Below are positions 36,741 to 50,837 of a DNA stretch of 64,000 nucleotides, piece after piece. This DNA comes from Octopus sinensis (lineage: Eukaryota), in NCBI RefSeq assembly GCF_006345805.1, contig NC_043006.1:101370001-101434000 (forward strand). Reading direction: 5' to 3'. Numbering within the stretch: position 1 is the stretch's first letter; each line of letters opens with the position of its first letter. The position numbers and the translations under genes are program-made. Under the pieces are notes generated by a model. The model saw only the letters and a program-made list of their open reading frames with translations. It ran no database searches and had not been told where the DNA came from.

Positions 36741-37478
36741 AGTAATCTTGCCTATTTGTTCACACATACATGTACTTGAGCACATGCAAATTATAGCTAG
36801 ATAGTATGCATTTTGAATAGCAGTAAATATACATTAAAGAATGATGAATAATACAATTGACCCTTGAGGCTACAGAGTAGTAATTGCAGTATAACAAGTG
36901 CTTGCTGTGATATTCAAATATATAAAGCAAATTATACAGTAGGAGATCAACAGGAAGAACAATCTTATATGTTGTTGCAGGGTATAGGTAAAATCTTGCC
37001 TTATTTGTAATAATCTTATCTTTCCTCTCTTAGGAAAGCATTTAAAGACTTCAAACATACTTGCTAAACACCTTTTATCTGCTTAATGCTCAATGTATGT
37101 CTTTAGCATGAAGCAAAAGAATTAATATTAAGAAGATATTTGCATATCATAAATAGGATTTCCAGTGATATTTTCTTATAAATGAAGGGAAGCCCTTCAT
37201 TGTAATCTTTAACATTCTAATAAGTATGCATATTCACAACAGGTATAGCTGTGTGGTCTGATTGAATTGACCTGAGTTTGAGCCAGATAATAACAAGAAC
37301 AACAGGTAAATGTACCTCTTAGGTAACAAGTTATCTATTATAATTTTAGCAAGTAGTCAGTCTTTGGCTAATGACCTCTTTAATAAATTTGAAACTTAAA
37401 TATATTTACTGTGAAGTGTGTGTGTGGTTACGCACATACATAGTAAGTGCATGTATGTTATGTCTCTATGTATGGTTG

Positions 37479-37509
<31 letters not shown>

Positions 37510-37789
37510 TTGTATATAATTATTTAGGAAGGAAACAGAAGATAGATTTGGTACCAGTCTTTACTCAACACACCAATATATACTCATTAGTCAAAAAAAT
37601 TACATATATGGATGTTAAACGATGATGATGATGGTGATATGTATAGAGTGTTTGAAGTGGTGCACAGATATTGTATATTAATAAGGAGGCAGTCAGAATT
37701 TTGGATAATTCTTTATTAGCATTTTTGTTCATGCAAACTCTTCAGATATATATATATCTGAGATATATATATATATATATATATCCGAG

Positions 37790-37955
37790 ACTACACTCTC
37801 GGAGTGGTTGGCGTTAGGAAGGGCATCCAGCTGTAGAAACACTGCCAGATCTGACTGGCCTGGTGCAGCCTTCGGGCTCCCCAGACGCCAGTTGAACCGT
37901 CCAACCCATGCTAGCATGGAAAACGGACGCTAAATGATGATGATGATGATGATGA
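37790..37955 (+). mobile_element. RTE-type 3'-tail element inside (TA)n
   Basis: CTACACTCTCGGAGTGGTTGGCGTTAGGAAGGGCATCC..CCATGCTAGCATGG..(TGA)n. Confidence 0.88.
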
Positions 37956-38886
37956 TATATATATAGCAGAATTATCCAAAATTCAAAAAACATATATATA
38001 TATATATATCTACATACATGCATACTATTCTACAGCTGCTTTTTTCATGTTGCTGTGGGTTGAATAGCTTTTACTACTCTTTGTCCACTAGTAAGCAGGT
38101 GCAGATAAAATCAGATACCCTTACTGTTAGGTATGTCAGTATTTTTTTTTCTTTTTGGGCTGGCATGGTTTTTAGTGGTTGGCTGCCCTATCTTATTACC
38201 AACCACTACGATGAGGACTACAATGGCTTGCAGAGACTGTCTGCTACATTTATTCCTTTCTGTATGCCTCCGTATCTCTCTGTGTGTGTGTGTGTGTTAT
38301 AAAGTTTGTGTTCATTGGAACTTTACAAAAAATTTGACTCTGATTTCAGTATAGAATTACCCCATCAGTACAGGTTCTGTTATTCTTAAAGTAGCTTTTA
38401 AAATGATAACCTCACTTTAACATATATAGGTATATGTATGTGTGTGTGTGTATTCATAAGCATATATATATGTGCAACACATTATATATACATATATATA
38501 CATGCATATATATGTATATGTATATAGAAATATGTATATGCTGGCACATACATGCGCACACACATGGGCAGGTATATATATTTATATATATATATACATA
38601 CATACACACACACACACACATACACATGCACATGTATTCATGATCAGAAAGTTATTACATATTTATTAAATGGGTACCATACTCACTGTCAGTAGGGCAG
38701 ATAGAAGGTGTATAGCGACTATGTTTAAAGTCATTAAATGCTTTGTTAAGAGAGGAAAGATAAGATTATTAAGAAATCAGAAAAGAGTTTTTCATCAGTG
38801 TTCAGCAATATTATGTCTTCTCACGCTGCATCAATGGTGATTCAGTGAGATAAAGATAAATTACTGAAACTTATATTGTACAATTT

Positions 38887-38888
38887 AT

Positions 38889-38975
<87 letters not shown>
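38887..38975. repeat. (CA)n microsatellite
   Basis: About 44 CA units with two CG interruptions. Confidence 0.95.
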
Positions 38976-38977
<2 letters not shown>

Positions 38978-41256
38978 TCATGCAGCTGTAGCAAATTACA
39001 GAGCAAAAACTCAATGGCTGCAGCAGAAGGTTTAGTTCAGCCATAACTTGACTTATGACACAAGCCATTGCTCACTTTCTGAATAGCTCTCCTTTCTAGT
39101 TAGCTTCTCTGTTATCTTGATTAAAACCTAAGAGTTATGGAGCCATATATCATTGAATTATTGCATTTCTATTAATGAAATCTACCCCCATACTTTTACT
39201 TTTTTTTTTTTTCCTCCGTGTGTTGGAAATTTATTGAAAGATAAAGCAAATGCTCTCTTCTTCCAACTGCATCGAGCTCTTATTATCGAAAAATTAGGTT
39301 TGAAATTCGTTCAATATTCATGTAGGTTGCCAATGTTATTCATTATCTCTTTTACGGTGCTATGATTGCTAGTTTTCCTGTTGACTTAATCATCTCCAAA
39401 CTGAAAAGCCAATGATTGGAGCTTTTGTTATTTAAAACAAAGATCCTCTTTGTAAATTTAAAAGGCTTTCTTTATGTTTCTGATGTATTATTCATTCGTT
39501 TATTTATTAATTTATGACTTTTGGTTTGTATTGAACTTTTAGCATAGTTTTATATATTATGAGAAATCATTAGGAAAATCATTTTTTATTTATTTTATTT
39601 CATTTTTGTTCATTTTGATTCAAAAATAGATCTTGTGCTGTGTTATTGGAAATTCAACAGCTCACATTTCTATTGAAGGTAATGCATGGTTGCTAATCTC
39701 AAATAACAGTTTTTTGTTGTTTTTTGTCATTTTTTTTTTCTCTGTATTTTTCAATCAATGTTAGCTTCCCATGTTTCCTACCCTTGCTAAATTCTGAAAA
39801 GCATCCAGTTGTAAACATCTTTGTAAAGCTGAAAATGTTACCACCTTTGTGAAGTGAATGAGATGAAAGATGTTGCTTAGAAGATCTATTCAAACCATAG
39901 GAACATAGAAAAACACAGATGAAAATATGACGAAGTGGAGTGGGGTGGGGGTGGGAATGAAATTACAACTATATTACTGATTATTCTACCTATTATTAGA
40001 TCTGTATTCTTTAGAAATCAATATAATTCTTTAGCTCTGCCTTTTCTTTTAAATTTCTCAAAGAATGTAAAGCTGTGATTTTTGGCACTGATTTCTAAGA
40101 ATGTTGATTTGGTTAGGTGACTATGAATATTTTGCTATCTCTTGTAAAATGACAAAATATATATTTCGTTGATGAAGAACCCAAAAGTTGTTGGTATATT
40201 GGTTAGATTTTACAACAGTTAATGTAACATTTTGCTTGCAAGTATGAATTCTGTTTTTCTTCATAAATTGCTCAACTAAAATATTTTGTTCTAAATTATT
40301 GATTTACATTTTCTATTTGTGAAATAGTTTTATTTTATTTTATTTAAAAAAATTTTTTTTATTAATGACACGTTATGCAAAGCTGTTTAAATATATCACT
40401 TTAATAAACTTTAACCAATGTCATCCAAATGCCATTAGTAGAATTTGTGATATTTCTGTATCTTTTGCTCTGTGTTTTCTAATATAATGACTGATTGCAG
40501 AAGTTTTTGTAGTTACTGGTACAAACATGTTCTTAATATGCTTAAGACTACATGAACATGTATAGAGGAAAAAAGAAAGAAAAGAATCCAATGGAAAAGA
40601 CATTAGCCAAGCTACAAAGAGGATACACGATTTACTCACAATGAGACCAGTTGGTTGTAAAAGATTGAAAATTGATTGGAATATAAACGTGATTTGAATG
40701 CTTCTATGTCATCTCATACTCATAAGAGGCTTTGATTGTTCTCCAACTGCTATAAACAGTGAACCATATGTTCTCATGCTGTTTGCAGGTACATAGACTG
40801 AACTAGCAAATTTTAACACCTATGTAGGCTATGAATGCAGCACAGTATTGGTGATAAAGATAGAAACCATTGACCCATTATCTAGTAGCTTGATTAGGAT
40901 AAATGACACTTCATAAATATTTATATAGAAATGTATATAATATATTCATTTCCAACATAGGTATAATGTTTCAAATTAGTTGGATAAGTATGGTCAATTA
41001 GATCAATTCGTTACTGAGCTAATATCTATTTCATTGACCATGGAAGGCAAAACTAACTTTTGGGATTTGAAATGTCTTAATAAAATGTGAACTGCCATCA
41101 TCATCATCATTGTGTTAATGTCTGATTCCTTGCTTGCATGGGTCAGACAAGAGCATGTTGGGGTGGAGTCTTCTATGGTTGGATATCCTTCCTGTTGCCA
41201 AAATGAGGTGATAATCTCCCAGTCTACTGAACAGCAAATAGCCTGGGTATGCATAT

Positions 41257-41448
41257 CTCTTTACTCTTTTACTTGTTTCAGTCATTTGACTGCGGCCATG
41301 CTGGAGCACCACCTTTTAGTCGAGCAAATCGACCCCGGGACTTATTCTTTGTAAGCCCAGTACTTATTCTATTGGTCTCTTTTGCCGAACCGCTAAGTGA
41401 CGGGGACGTAAACACACCAGCATCGGTTGTCAAGCAATGGTAGGGGTT

Positions 41449-41520
<72 letters not shown>

Positions 41521-41692
41521 CATATATACGGTAGGCTTCTTTCAGTTTCCGTCTACCAAATCCACTCACAAGGCATTGGTCGGCCCGGGGCTATAGTAGA
41601 AGACACTTGCCCAAGATGCCACGCAGTGGGACTGAAACCGGAACCATGTGGTTGGTTAGCAAGCTACTTACCACACAGCCACTCCTGCGCCT
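41257..41692 (-). mobile_element. Full-length young CORE-type SINE
   Basis: Near-identical to other young copies; ends at ACTCCTGCGCC (reverse of GGCGCAGGAGT). Confidence 0.92.
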
Positions 41693-43426
41693 GTGGAGAA
41701 CTGGTAACAAATGACTCCAAAATGTTCCTTTTGTTTACAAAGGTCAGGCGACATATCAAGATATGTGAAGAAGACCAGACCCATGCGTTCATAGAGTACT
41801 GCAAACAAATGACACTTTTAGCACAGCTGTTGTTTACAACCAGCTGGCAAAAGGCACAAATAGACTTAGGAAACATAAAATTACTCATCTTCTCTCTCTC
41901 AGTTTTTGTCTTCTAGATCCATCCAAGTAAGTGGCTTTAGTCAATACAGGCCTATAGAAGACAGTAGATAATGTTCATCCAGATTTATGATAGCTGGATT
42001 GGTAAATTAGAGCTTTGATGAGAAACACAAGTATGAGTCACTAGATATATGACATTGCGTTATGAACCGTGTTGATGAGTCAAGAAAGCCAGCAAGTATT
42101 ATAAACACTAGACAATGACTATGCACATTACATATATTGAATTTATAAAAAGGAACTACAAGTTCTAGTAAAGGCTGCATAATGTAAAAGTAGGCTATGA
42201 GAAATTTATAGGTAGTGAGATAGTTAATAGCTAGATAGCACTCCCATGTCAAGTTACTGAAATATCTTTGATATGTTTCTGTAGTATGAAAAATGCATTT
42301 GATACAAAGAAAAATCCTGTACAAAGTAAAAGGAAAACTGAATTTGTTCAAGTTCATATGGCTTGAATATGCGTTTGCTTGCATGGAACTACAGATATTT
42401 AATGATCCTGAATTTATAATATTCTCTTAGAAGTTCCATCTATTCAACAATGTATTGTTGCTACCAATGCCTTTGTTATTGTCACTAGATTTTCCATTCT
42501 AACGTGGGTTTGTTGCCCTATCATTATGCAGCTCTAACTACCAGACTACCAGACATGTTATGTTGGTTCCTGATATATTTAGCAACATTTCCAGTTACAC
42601 TGTTTTACTTGAAGGCTATTTAAGGATTTTAAAACTAGAAACTAACGACATAACTAATAAGGGAGCAAAGGGAATGATCATTTCTCTCAAACACAGTTTT
42701 CAAAATCAGCCACCTTTTCAACAATTTTTTAAAACTCCTTAGTTCATTTGTGTGATAAAAGTTGAATCTCTTTTTATTTTATTATTTTTTTTTGTTATTC
42801 GCCTGGCTTTGGAAGAACTTTCCAGAGTCATAACTATTTGACCAACCTCTTGTGTTTTTGAACTGTCTGCTCAATTTCCTGTGATGTGTTGGTGACTGCT
42901 AACATCATCTGAAAAACTGAAACAAATCCCGTAGAGTTTCATCTTTTTCATATATCAGTAGTTGTAAGTCTCATACATAATGACATTTGTTACTAAAACA
43001 TGAAATTAATGAATGTAGAATACAATTACGTATATTATAATTAATGAAATATTTTGCATAGTATAAGAGATATGAGTTAAAAATGGTTTAGTATGTGTTA
43101 TGGTACCTTTTTTTTTGTGTGCTCACTCTCCCTAACTTTAAAAATTGGCTATACCACTACTAGAAAGTGATTTTGTTATCAACTTTGGTGTGGTTTGTCA
43201 TCAGTGAAGAAATTTTCTTACAAGGGACAGAGTGCTGCCTCTTACTTCTCTGAGCAATAAAAAAATAAATATATAATAATAATAATAATAATAACATATG
43301 GTAAAACATATATATAAATATAAATAACATGGAAACATCTTCCTACTGTTATTACATGATTTATTTGTGAAAACGAACCTTTTAACTATACATTAAAATT
43401 TTGTTTTTTTATTTGATAAATTGAAT

Positions 43427-43665
43427 CTCGGTGTGTGGCACCTTGGCCAAGTTCTTCTACTATAGCTTTGGGCTAACCTAAGCCTTGTGAGTAGATTTGG
43501 TTGATAGAAACTGAAAGAAGCCTATCGTTTTATATATATATATATATAATCTTTTTACTTATTTCAGTCAATGGACTGCAGTCATACTGGGACATCACCT
43601 TGAAGTGTTTAGTCAAACATATTGACCCCACTACTTAATTTTAAGCTTCATACTTATTCTATTCA
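43427..43665. mobile_element. CORE-type SINE pieces in opposite orientations around (TA)n
   Basis: Plus-strand head half (43427-43527) followed by minus-strand 3' module (43551-43665). Confidence 0.65.
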
Positions 43666-44913
43666 GTTCAACTTTGTTCTCTAAATAATGGCCTTGATCA
43701 AGGGACTTATCTCTACCTGTCCTAATTTACTTAGAGTAAACTGCATACCTCATTAGTTTTGTTCATATTAGGAAAATTTATTTGCTGGATAAAAACGTCA
43801 GCAAACTTCTTATTTTCTGTGAGATTCTTGCATAAAAAGTAATTTCTTTTTAAAATCCATTTGTGTTTGCCATTGAGAATATGTGTTCATCATATAGATT
43901 TCAATGAGATTCTTCATACATGCCATTAAGAATCTTATACACTCTTATCTGGCCAAGAATTGGATTGGTTGTCTTCATTGAGAGCTGAAAATCATAGAGA
44001 AATTTGTGAAAAAACTATTACAAAGATATAAGATACTATTTTTATTTTATTTAATTTCAAGCCAAATTTATAATTGGGAATAATCTTACACATTCATGCC
44101 CCTTCATAATCACACACTTGTTAGATAGATATCCAATATCACATACACATATACATACACATCCTTAATCATACACCCATGAACATACTCATTCATAATC
44201 ACATGCACATATACATACATACATACATACATAAATACATACACATAGTTATGCACACATTAACATTTGCATCCATCTATGTTTGTGTATGCATGGTTAT
44301 CATCATGAACTGTTCTAGATGTTAATCTTTTTGCAAGCTGTTGAAACTTTGAGAAACAGTCACATTATATATTTGAGAAAAAATAATCTAGTGGAAATGG
44401 TTACAGACCTTTATTCAGCACCAAAGGTAGTGCAAAAAAAAAAGGGTAAAAAGAAAAAAATTCTGATGTGGATTGACTTTCAAAAAGAATGGAAAACGAA
44501 AATTTGAAAAAAAATATTTAAAAATTCAGAAAATGAAATACAGTGTTCAATCATAATTCAACTTGACTTAGATTATTGGTTTCTTCTAAAATATATTCCC
44601 ATGCCTATTTTAAGAAATTTCTTGAAAATTTGATTAATGGATCTGAAAGAACATAAGTTCCTATATAAGTAATTAAACATTATTGTTAAACAGAATTTAC
44701 AATTGCATCACTCGCCTATTATCTTTTTCTTTTATTTATATATATTTTTCTTATATTATTTTTACAGTGTGTGTGATGGTTTATGGACGTCTCCGCTGAT
44801 TTATGTGAATTTGCATACGTGTTTATTGAACTCTATTTATGTGATTTTTCAGGTTAAGCTAGAATGTCTGTAACCATTTTTGCATGTATATGTGTGTGTG
44901 TGTGTGTGTGTGA

Positions 44914-44953
<40 letters not shown>

Positions 44954-44985
44954 TATATATAAAATATTATTAGAGACAATATTTA

Positions 44986-45027
<42 letters not shown>

Positions 45028-46407
45028 CTGAGATGACTTCTATTGTGTGTGTGTATATATATGTGTATATATATAATTGATTTTCATGATTCTTTTTTCT
45101 GAGAATTATCTAAAGTGAGCTTTTAAACAATAATGTTTTTTCTTTGTTTAGTTACCTGATGCCACTTAATGCAGAAGCATGACAATATTTAGTAGGCCAC
45201 TGGTTACTTATTTTAAAAGTAGTTATTTTATACATTTTCAATCTTATTTTTATCGTTACTTTTCAACAGCGTAACAAATATATAAAGATTTAAAACATTT
45301 AGTTGGAAATCTTTGCTTGAACATTATTGAATATTTAAAAATAAGTTAAAAAGAAACATCAATCTAAGTCTGAAGAATTTCTAATGGAAGATTTCTAAAA
45401 ATTTATTTTTACCAACTTTTTTTTTCTTTTTATATTCCTAAAGAGAATTCAATTTTCCACGTTAAACAATACAGAATCTATCAGCTGGTTTCGTGTTCTA
45501 ATGCTCATCAGGGGAGCTCTAAGTATATTTCAAATTTCTTTTTCTTTTCTACTTGGAAATCATTTCAACATAAACCAGACTGTTTTTTAGCAAAAGATCT
45601 GATGGATAAACCATTATTAATATCATCTTGTTTTCGTTCTCCTGTCTGTATTTCATTTTTAACTAAGAAAGAAAGGGGTAAAAATCCTATGTTACAATCC
45701 AACTTCCCAGATCATACTACTACTCATGGTTAACCTTTTACCAACATACAGTATATTTTTATTTATTTATTTATTTATTTATTCATTTATAGACTAGATG
45801 GTCTATGGAATTTACACCATTGTTAGAAAATATTATGGTACTGGTTAACCTTTTAACTTGATATTCTATGCAAGAAGGCCAATTTTAGTAGTATATGCAT
45901 ATAATGCAAATGGATAATGTGTGTTGAGTGAGTAATGTTCTGTGAAGTAGCAGTAGTGAGTCTCTGTGAGCAGAGAAGAGCCAATGAAAATTTTGAGATA
46001 CTTGCATCTGGCTTAGGAATGTTAAGCTATACTTATGAATTGTCACAATATACATGCAAATAGGCTATCTTGTAAACTTGTTCAACACATGTGAAGATGG
46101 GAAAAATATGTTAATATGTTAATGATAGGATCATCTAGATATTTTATTAAGCAACAGAAATGTGATATTGCTTACATTGAAAACAAAGAAATAAAAATAT
46201 AGAATATATTTATTACCAATGTAATTGTAATGAACATCACATAATTCTTGTAAGTTTACCAGCTACATAGATTATCTCAAATCATCATCCTCAGGAATTG
46301 TATATGCCCAGCATTGCCAAAACTGCAGTTTCCTCTTCAAAATCAACATGTGAGTTAAGTTCTAAAAATTTGTTGACTCATCTCAAATAAATACATATGT
46401 TATTGAG

Positions 46408-46598
46408 TGCTGGTGGCACGTAAAAAGCACCCACTACACTCACGGAGTGGTTGGCGTTAGGAAGGGCATCCAGCTGTAGAAACATTGCCAAATCAGACTG
46501 GAGCCTGGTGCAGCCTTCTGGCTTCCCAGACCCCAGTTAAACCGTCCAACCCATGCTAGCGTGGAAAGCGGACGCTAAACGATGATGATGATGATGAT
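46408..46598 (+). mobile_element. RTE-type 3'-tail element
   Basis: GGTGGCACGTAAAAAGCACCCACTACAC..GCGGACGCTAAACGATGATGATG. Confidence 0.88.
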
Positions 46599-46679
46599 CT
46601 TATATATATATTCCTTGAGCATTAAGAAGAAATGGTTTTTATTTCTTCTTTTAGAAGAAAATCTTTTTGCATCATTGTT

Positions 46680-47030
46680 TCTCTTATAGGACTGCAACCA
46701 TATTGCAGTACTGGCTTGAAGGGTTTAGTTGAACATTTCAACTCCAGTACTTATTTTAAATCTGACACTTAATTCTATTGCTCTTTTTGTCAAACTGTTA
46801 AGTTACAGGGACACGAACCAGCCCATTCCAGTTGGTAAGTATTCAGAGACAAAGATGTGTGCTCAAATGCACACAGTGGGCTTCCATATAGTTTCCATCT
46901 ACAAAATTCATTCATGAGACATTGCTTAAACCAGGGGTATAGTAGGAGGTGCTTGCCTCAAGTGCTGCACAGTGGGACAGAATCCCAAACTATGTGATTG
47001 TAAAGGAAGCTTCTTAATCACACAGTCATT
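46680..47030 (-). mobile_element. Old full-length CORE-type SINE
   Basis: Degenerate 3' module and head in reverse. Confidence 0.7.
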
Positions 47031-47558
47031 TCCCTCCTATATAACATCCAGGCCTGTGCTTATGCTTAATTTTCAAAACCATTCACTGAATACTTTCATA
47101 GATTAATTTCTATCTTCTTTGTGTTTCTATTGTGGCTACAATGGACTCCATTAGTATGAGCTCCATGTTATAATTTTAATTGTTAGTAAATCAATTTTGT
47201 GCATCTATTTCTGTGTTTAATGTCTTTATTTTTTGTTAGGCTCTACATAAAACGCTGTTCTAAAACCTCAAAGCTATGGCTTTTTTTCTTGTCTATATGT
47301 TCTTACCAGAAGCTACACTTTGACTAAAATATAAAGCATTTATTGTGTGGACTCATTAATGGAAAGAAAAGTCTAAATATGCTTCTCCATCAAATGGCTT
47401 TTTTCTTAGCATGCGTATATATTCAGAAATTTATTTCATAGCTCCTGTCTTTCTTAAACCTTTTATAGCTATATTGAATGAAATACACTATGTTGCAATT
47501 AAGATTTTCAAAGTAACCAAGAATATGGAAGGATTTTGTTAAAACATTTATTAAATTC

Positions 47559-47590
<32 letters not shown>

Positions 47591-47634
47591 ACTGTTTATA
47601 ATGGAAGTATGTAATTGACTCTTTAGAATGGACA

Positions 47635-47783
47635 GTTTTGCGCTTATACCCAGAAGGGCTCGATATGAATCATGACTATAAGATACCCGGTTTTAGTTAA
47701 ACTGCACCGCAAAATGTGGGAGTAGTTAGGAATCTAAATCGTAGGAGACAGACAGCACACAACCTCTCTTTTATATATAAAGA
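47635..47783 (-). mobile_element. 5' fragment of the same Helitron family as 10925-11263
   Basis: Shares ATACCCAGAAGGGCTCGATATGAATCA..ACTATAAGATACCCG and the TATATATAAAGA|T terminus; no CTAG end found. Confidence 0.75.
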
Positions 47784-48623
47784 TTTGATAAAATGTTTAT
47801 TTCAAGTGAAGGCATGGCTGCTTTCTAACCATATTGTTTCAGGTTTAGCATCACTGCATGGCATCCACTTTGTATTAGTTTAAATTGTGTGGTCCTCAAA
47901 TAGGTGGTGGTTTGGTCCATCAGGAGCATCCAGTCTGTGAAACACTCACTTATTCTATGTTGTATAAGACTACATGATTGTATGACTATAGCTGACCAGA
48001 GATTACCAAACAACAATAAATTTTCCTTCCATGTAAGCATGGACTAATGGACCTATTCCAGTAAATTTTACCAATACCAATGATTCTTCTTTTTTATCGC
48101 AAGATGGATCTATATAGTTCCTGAACAAATATATATAAAAAAAAGCTAGTTGTCTATTTTTCACCTCCTAAATAGTCATTTGAACCTTGGGTTTATAAGA
48201 ACAGCATAAAGTAGATGAATTCAATCTTGCCACATTCAGTTAATCTTACACATTTTCCTTTCAGCCATTTCCCTCTTTGTACCTTCTCAATATAGACAGA
48301 TGCAGGTTGCAGTACCTCATTTATAGAAATGCTGGAATGTGAATTTGTAATTTCTATGCTTTAAGTATAATGCAGGAAATTAGCTTCAACCAGAGATTGA
48401 AGCAGATTTACAGATCCAGCCCTGTAATATACTTGTACTTAATCTCCAATGCTTGCTTATTGCACTTTATGTTAAATATTAATCTTAGAGAGTTTGAGTA
48501 AATCCGATTGATACCAAACTGTTTGAGACTGACCTTGGTTCTATGCCATGGTATTGGTTTGAAGTAATCTAAATGAAAACCTTCCATCAAAAATGTGTAT
48601 CATGTCCCAAACACCAGCTTAAT

Positions 48624-48802
48624 ACTCTTTTACTTGTTTCAGTCATTTGACTGCGGCCATGCTGGAGCACCGCCTTTAGTCGAGCAAATCGACTCCAGGA
48701 CTTATTCTTTGTAAGCTAAGTTATGGGGACGTAAACACACCAGCATCGGTTCTCAAGCGATGTTGGGGGGACAAACACAGACACACAAACACACACATAT
48801 AC

Positions 48803-48835
<33 letters not shown>

Positions 48836-49021
48836 ATATTATATATATATATATATACGACTGGCTTGTTTCAGTTTCCGTCTACCAAATCCACTCACAA
48901 GGCTTTGGTTGGCCTGAGGCTATAGTGGAAGACACTTGCCCAAGGTGCCACACAGTGGGACTCAACCTGGTACCATGTGGTTGGTAAGCAAGCTACTTAC
49001 TACACAGCTACACCTGCACCT
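48624..49021 (-). mobile_element. CORE-type SINE with internal deletion in the 3' module
   Basis: TTCTTTGTAAGC joined to TAAGTTATGGGG; the CCAGTACTT..GAACCGC segment of other copies is missing. Confidence 0.88.
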
Positions 49022-49629
49022 GATAATTTATTTTTCTAAATTCTTTCTTTTTTCAAAATAAATTGAAACAAATGCAGTGTATCACAACAGAAATATAGCA
49101 ACAAAAGTTTTAAGTGTCTTACATTATCTACACACGAGTATTGACACTTACTTCATACTTTTTATCTTCATTCAAGTGTACAATTCAAAAGATAATATTT
49201 GTATGAGTTATTCAAGTGTTATTACAAGGCAGACTTGCATTACATTTTATTTTCCAGAATAGTGTACAAATATCTTTACTAGTGTTGATTATAAACTTCC
49301 TCTTGAAAACACAGAATACAGATTTATAGCCCTGTGACTGCAGAGTTCTCATATTTTGATGACATACCAAAGTGCATGACAGTTCAGACAATAAAATGTA
49401 AAAGACAGAAACTGTAACATTTTGACCATCTTCCTTCTTGTGCCAAATGTCCAGAGTGTGGTGTCATGTTTCCTTTTTATTGATTTTTGGTGAATTGAAT
49501 AGCTTTCATTTATTGAATTTTATGTCTATTATGACTAGCTTGAGATCTGCCTTAATTAGCAATCATTCATAATATCATTGATGTTATATATTTATTTATA
49601 TACAAAATTCTTTCTTTATTCTAGTCCTC

Positions 49630-49900
49630 TTTGTCTTCCTTTTCCTGTATGCATTTTTATTTTGAACTCTCTATCAGGTTATCTGTCTCTCTTTCTTTCT
49701 CAGATACTTTCTTTGCTTTTTATCTCTCTATCAAATTCTCTCTCTCTCTATCAGTTTCTCTCTCAAGTTCTGCTACTTTATTTCTCTATCTAATTCCAGT
49801 TCTCAAGTCCTCTCTCTGCAGCTCTTTTCTCTGTCCCCTTCCCCTTTACCTCCCTCTTTTTGTCAGTCTCTCTCTCACTCTAAAGTTATCACTTCCACCA

Positions 49901-49938
<38 letters not shown>

Positions 49939-50140
49939 TATCAGTTTTTCTCTCTATCAAGTTCTCTTATTAGGTTGTTTCTCTTTCTATAAGGTTCTTT
50001 CCTGCTTTGTCAGACTCACTTTCTCTCCCCTTTCTGTTAAGTTCCCTCTCTTTGTCAGATTCTTTCTCTCTCTCTTTCTCTCTCAGACTCTTTCCCACTC
50101 TCACAGACTCTTTCTCTCTCTCACTAATTTTCTTTATATA
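49630..50140. repeat. CT-rich low-complexity tract
   Basis: (CT)n runs and repeated CTCTATCA motifs. Confidence 0.8.
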
Positions 50141-50755
50141 TTCTTGTTTACTTAAATAAATTTTCATTATCATTTCTTTGTGTGTATGTACAACTAATCC
50201 AGTAAATCCATATTATGGTTTCATTCAAGTATCTGATATGATGTATTATGACTTCTAGCCCATTAATAATTGAATGTATGCTTCTGTGCTGATATATAAT
50301 CTTTCATCTTGATGTGAATCTTTTTTTCATAAAGATACTTCAACTACTACAAGTAAACTCAAAAATAAACTGTCTGGTTATTTCGCCAATTGTAGTCAAT
50401 TCTCATGTGAGACATTTTGAGTAGTAAATATATACTTTATTTTCTGAAAGTAAAGGCTACCTAATTTCAAAAAGGTGCCAAGATTGTCACTGGAATGATC
50501 AGCAGTTTGAATGGGAGAGACCATGGACAAGCCATTTAACTGACAGCATTACAGTCAGAGACATTATCTCTAGAGTAATTGAGCATAGGCTAGCATTCAT
50601 ATTATCCTGTCAAATGTAATGCTTATTTATACACATTGTTTTGAATTAATCCTACATCATCTTATAACTTTGAGATTTTGATGAGGTAACTGTTGATTTT
50701 TAGAATGATATTGTAAGAGACCAGATCTGTTCAGTTTGAACATAAAACAGGTAGA

Positions 50756-50786
<31 letters not shown>

Positions 50787-50837
50787 TATTCATACACACA
50801 CACACACACATTTAAATATATATATATATATATACAT

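Noticed and set aside
36231-36785. ORFs rich in Y/I/H/T or V/C/M (also near 3128, 9576, 38434, 49631, 52873)
   Set aside because: Dinucleotide microsatellite or CT-rich low-complexity translations.
41750-41916. Protein-like ORF VRRHIKICEEDQTHAFIEYCKQM..
   Set aside because: No good donor, ORF length is inflated by read-through from a SINE, and the nearby AG/GTAAGT micro-exon overlaps a SINE relic.
42847-42908. Minus-strand candidate exon MMLAVTNTSQEIEQTVQKHK
   Set aside because: Phase incompatible with the next candidate exon, and no independent support.
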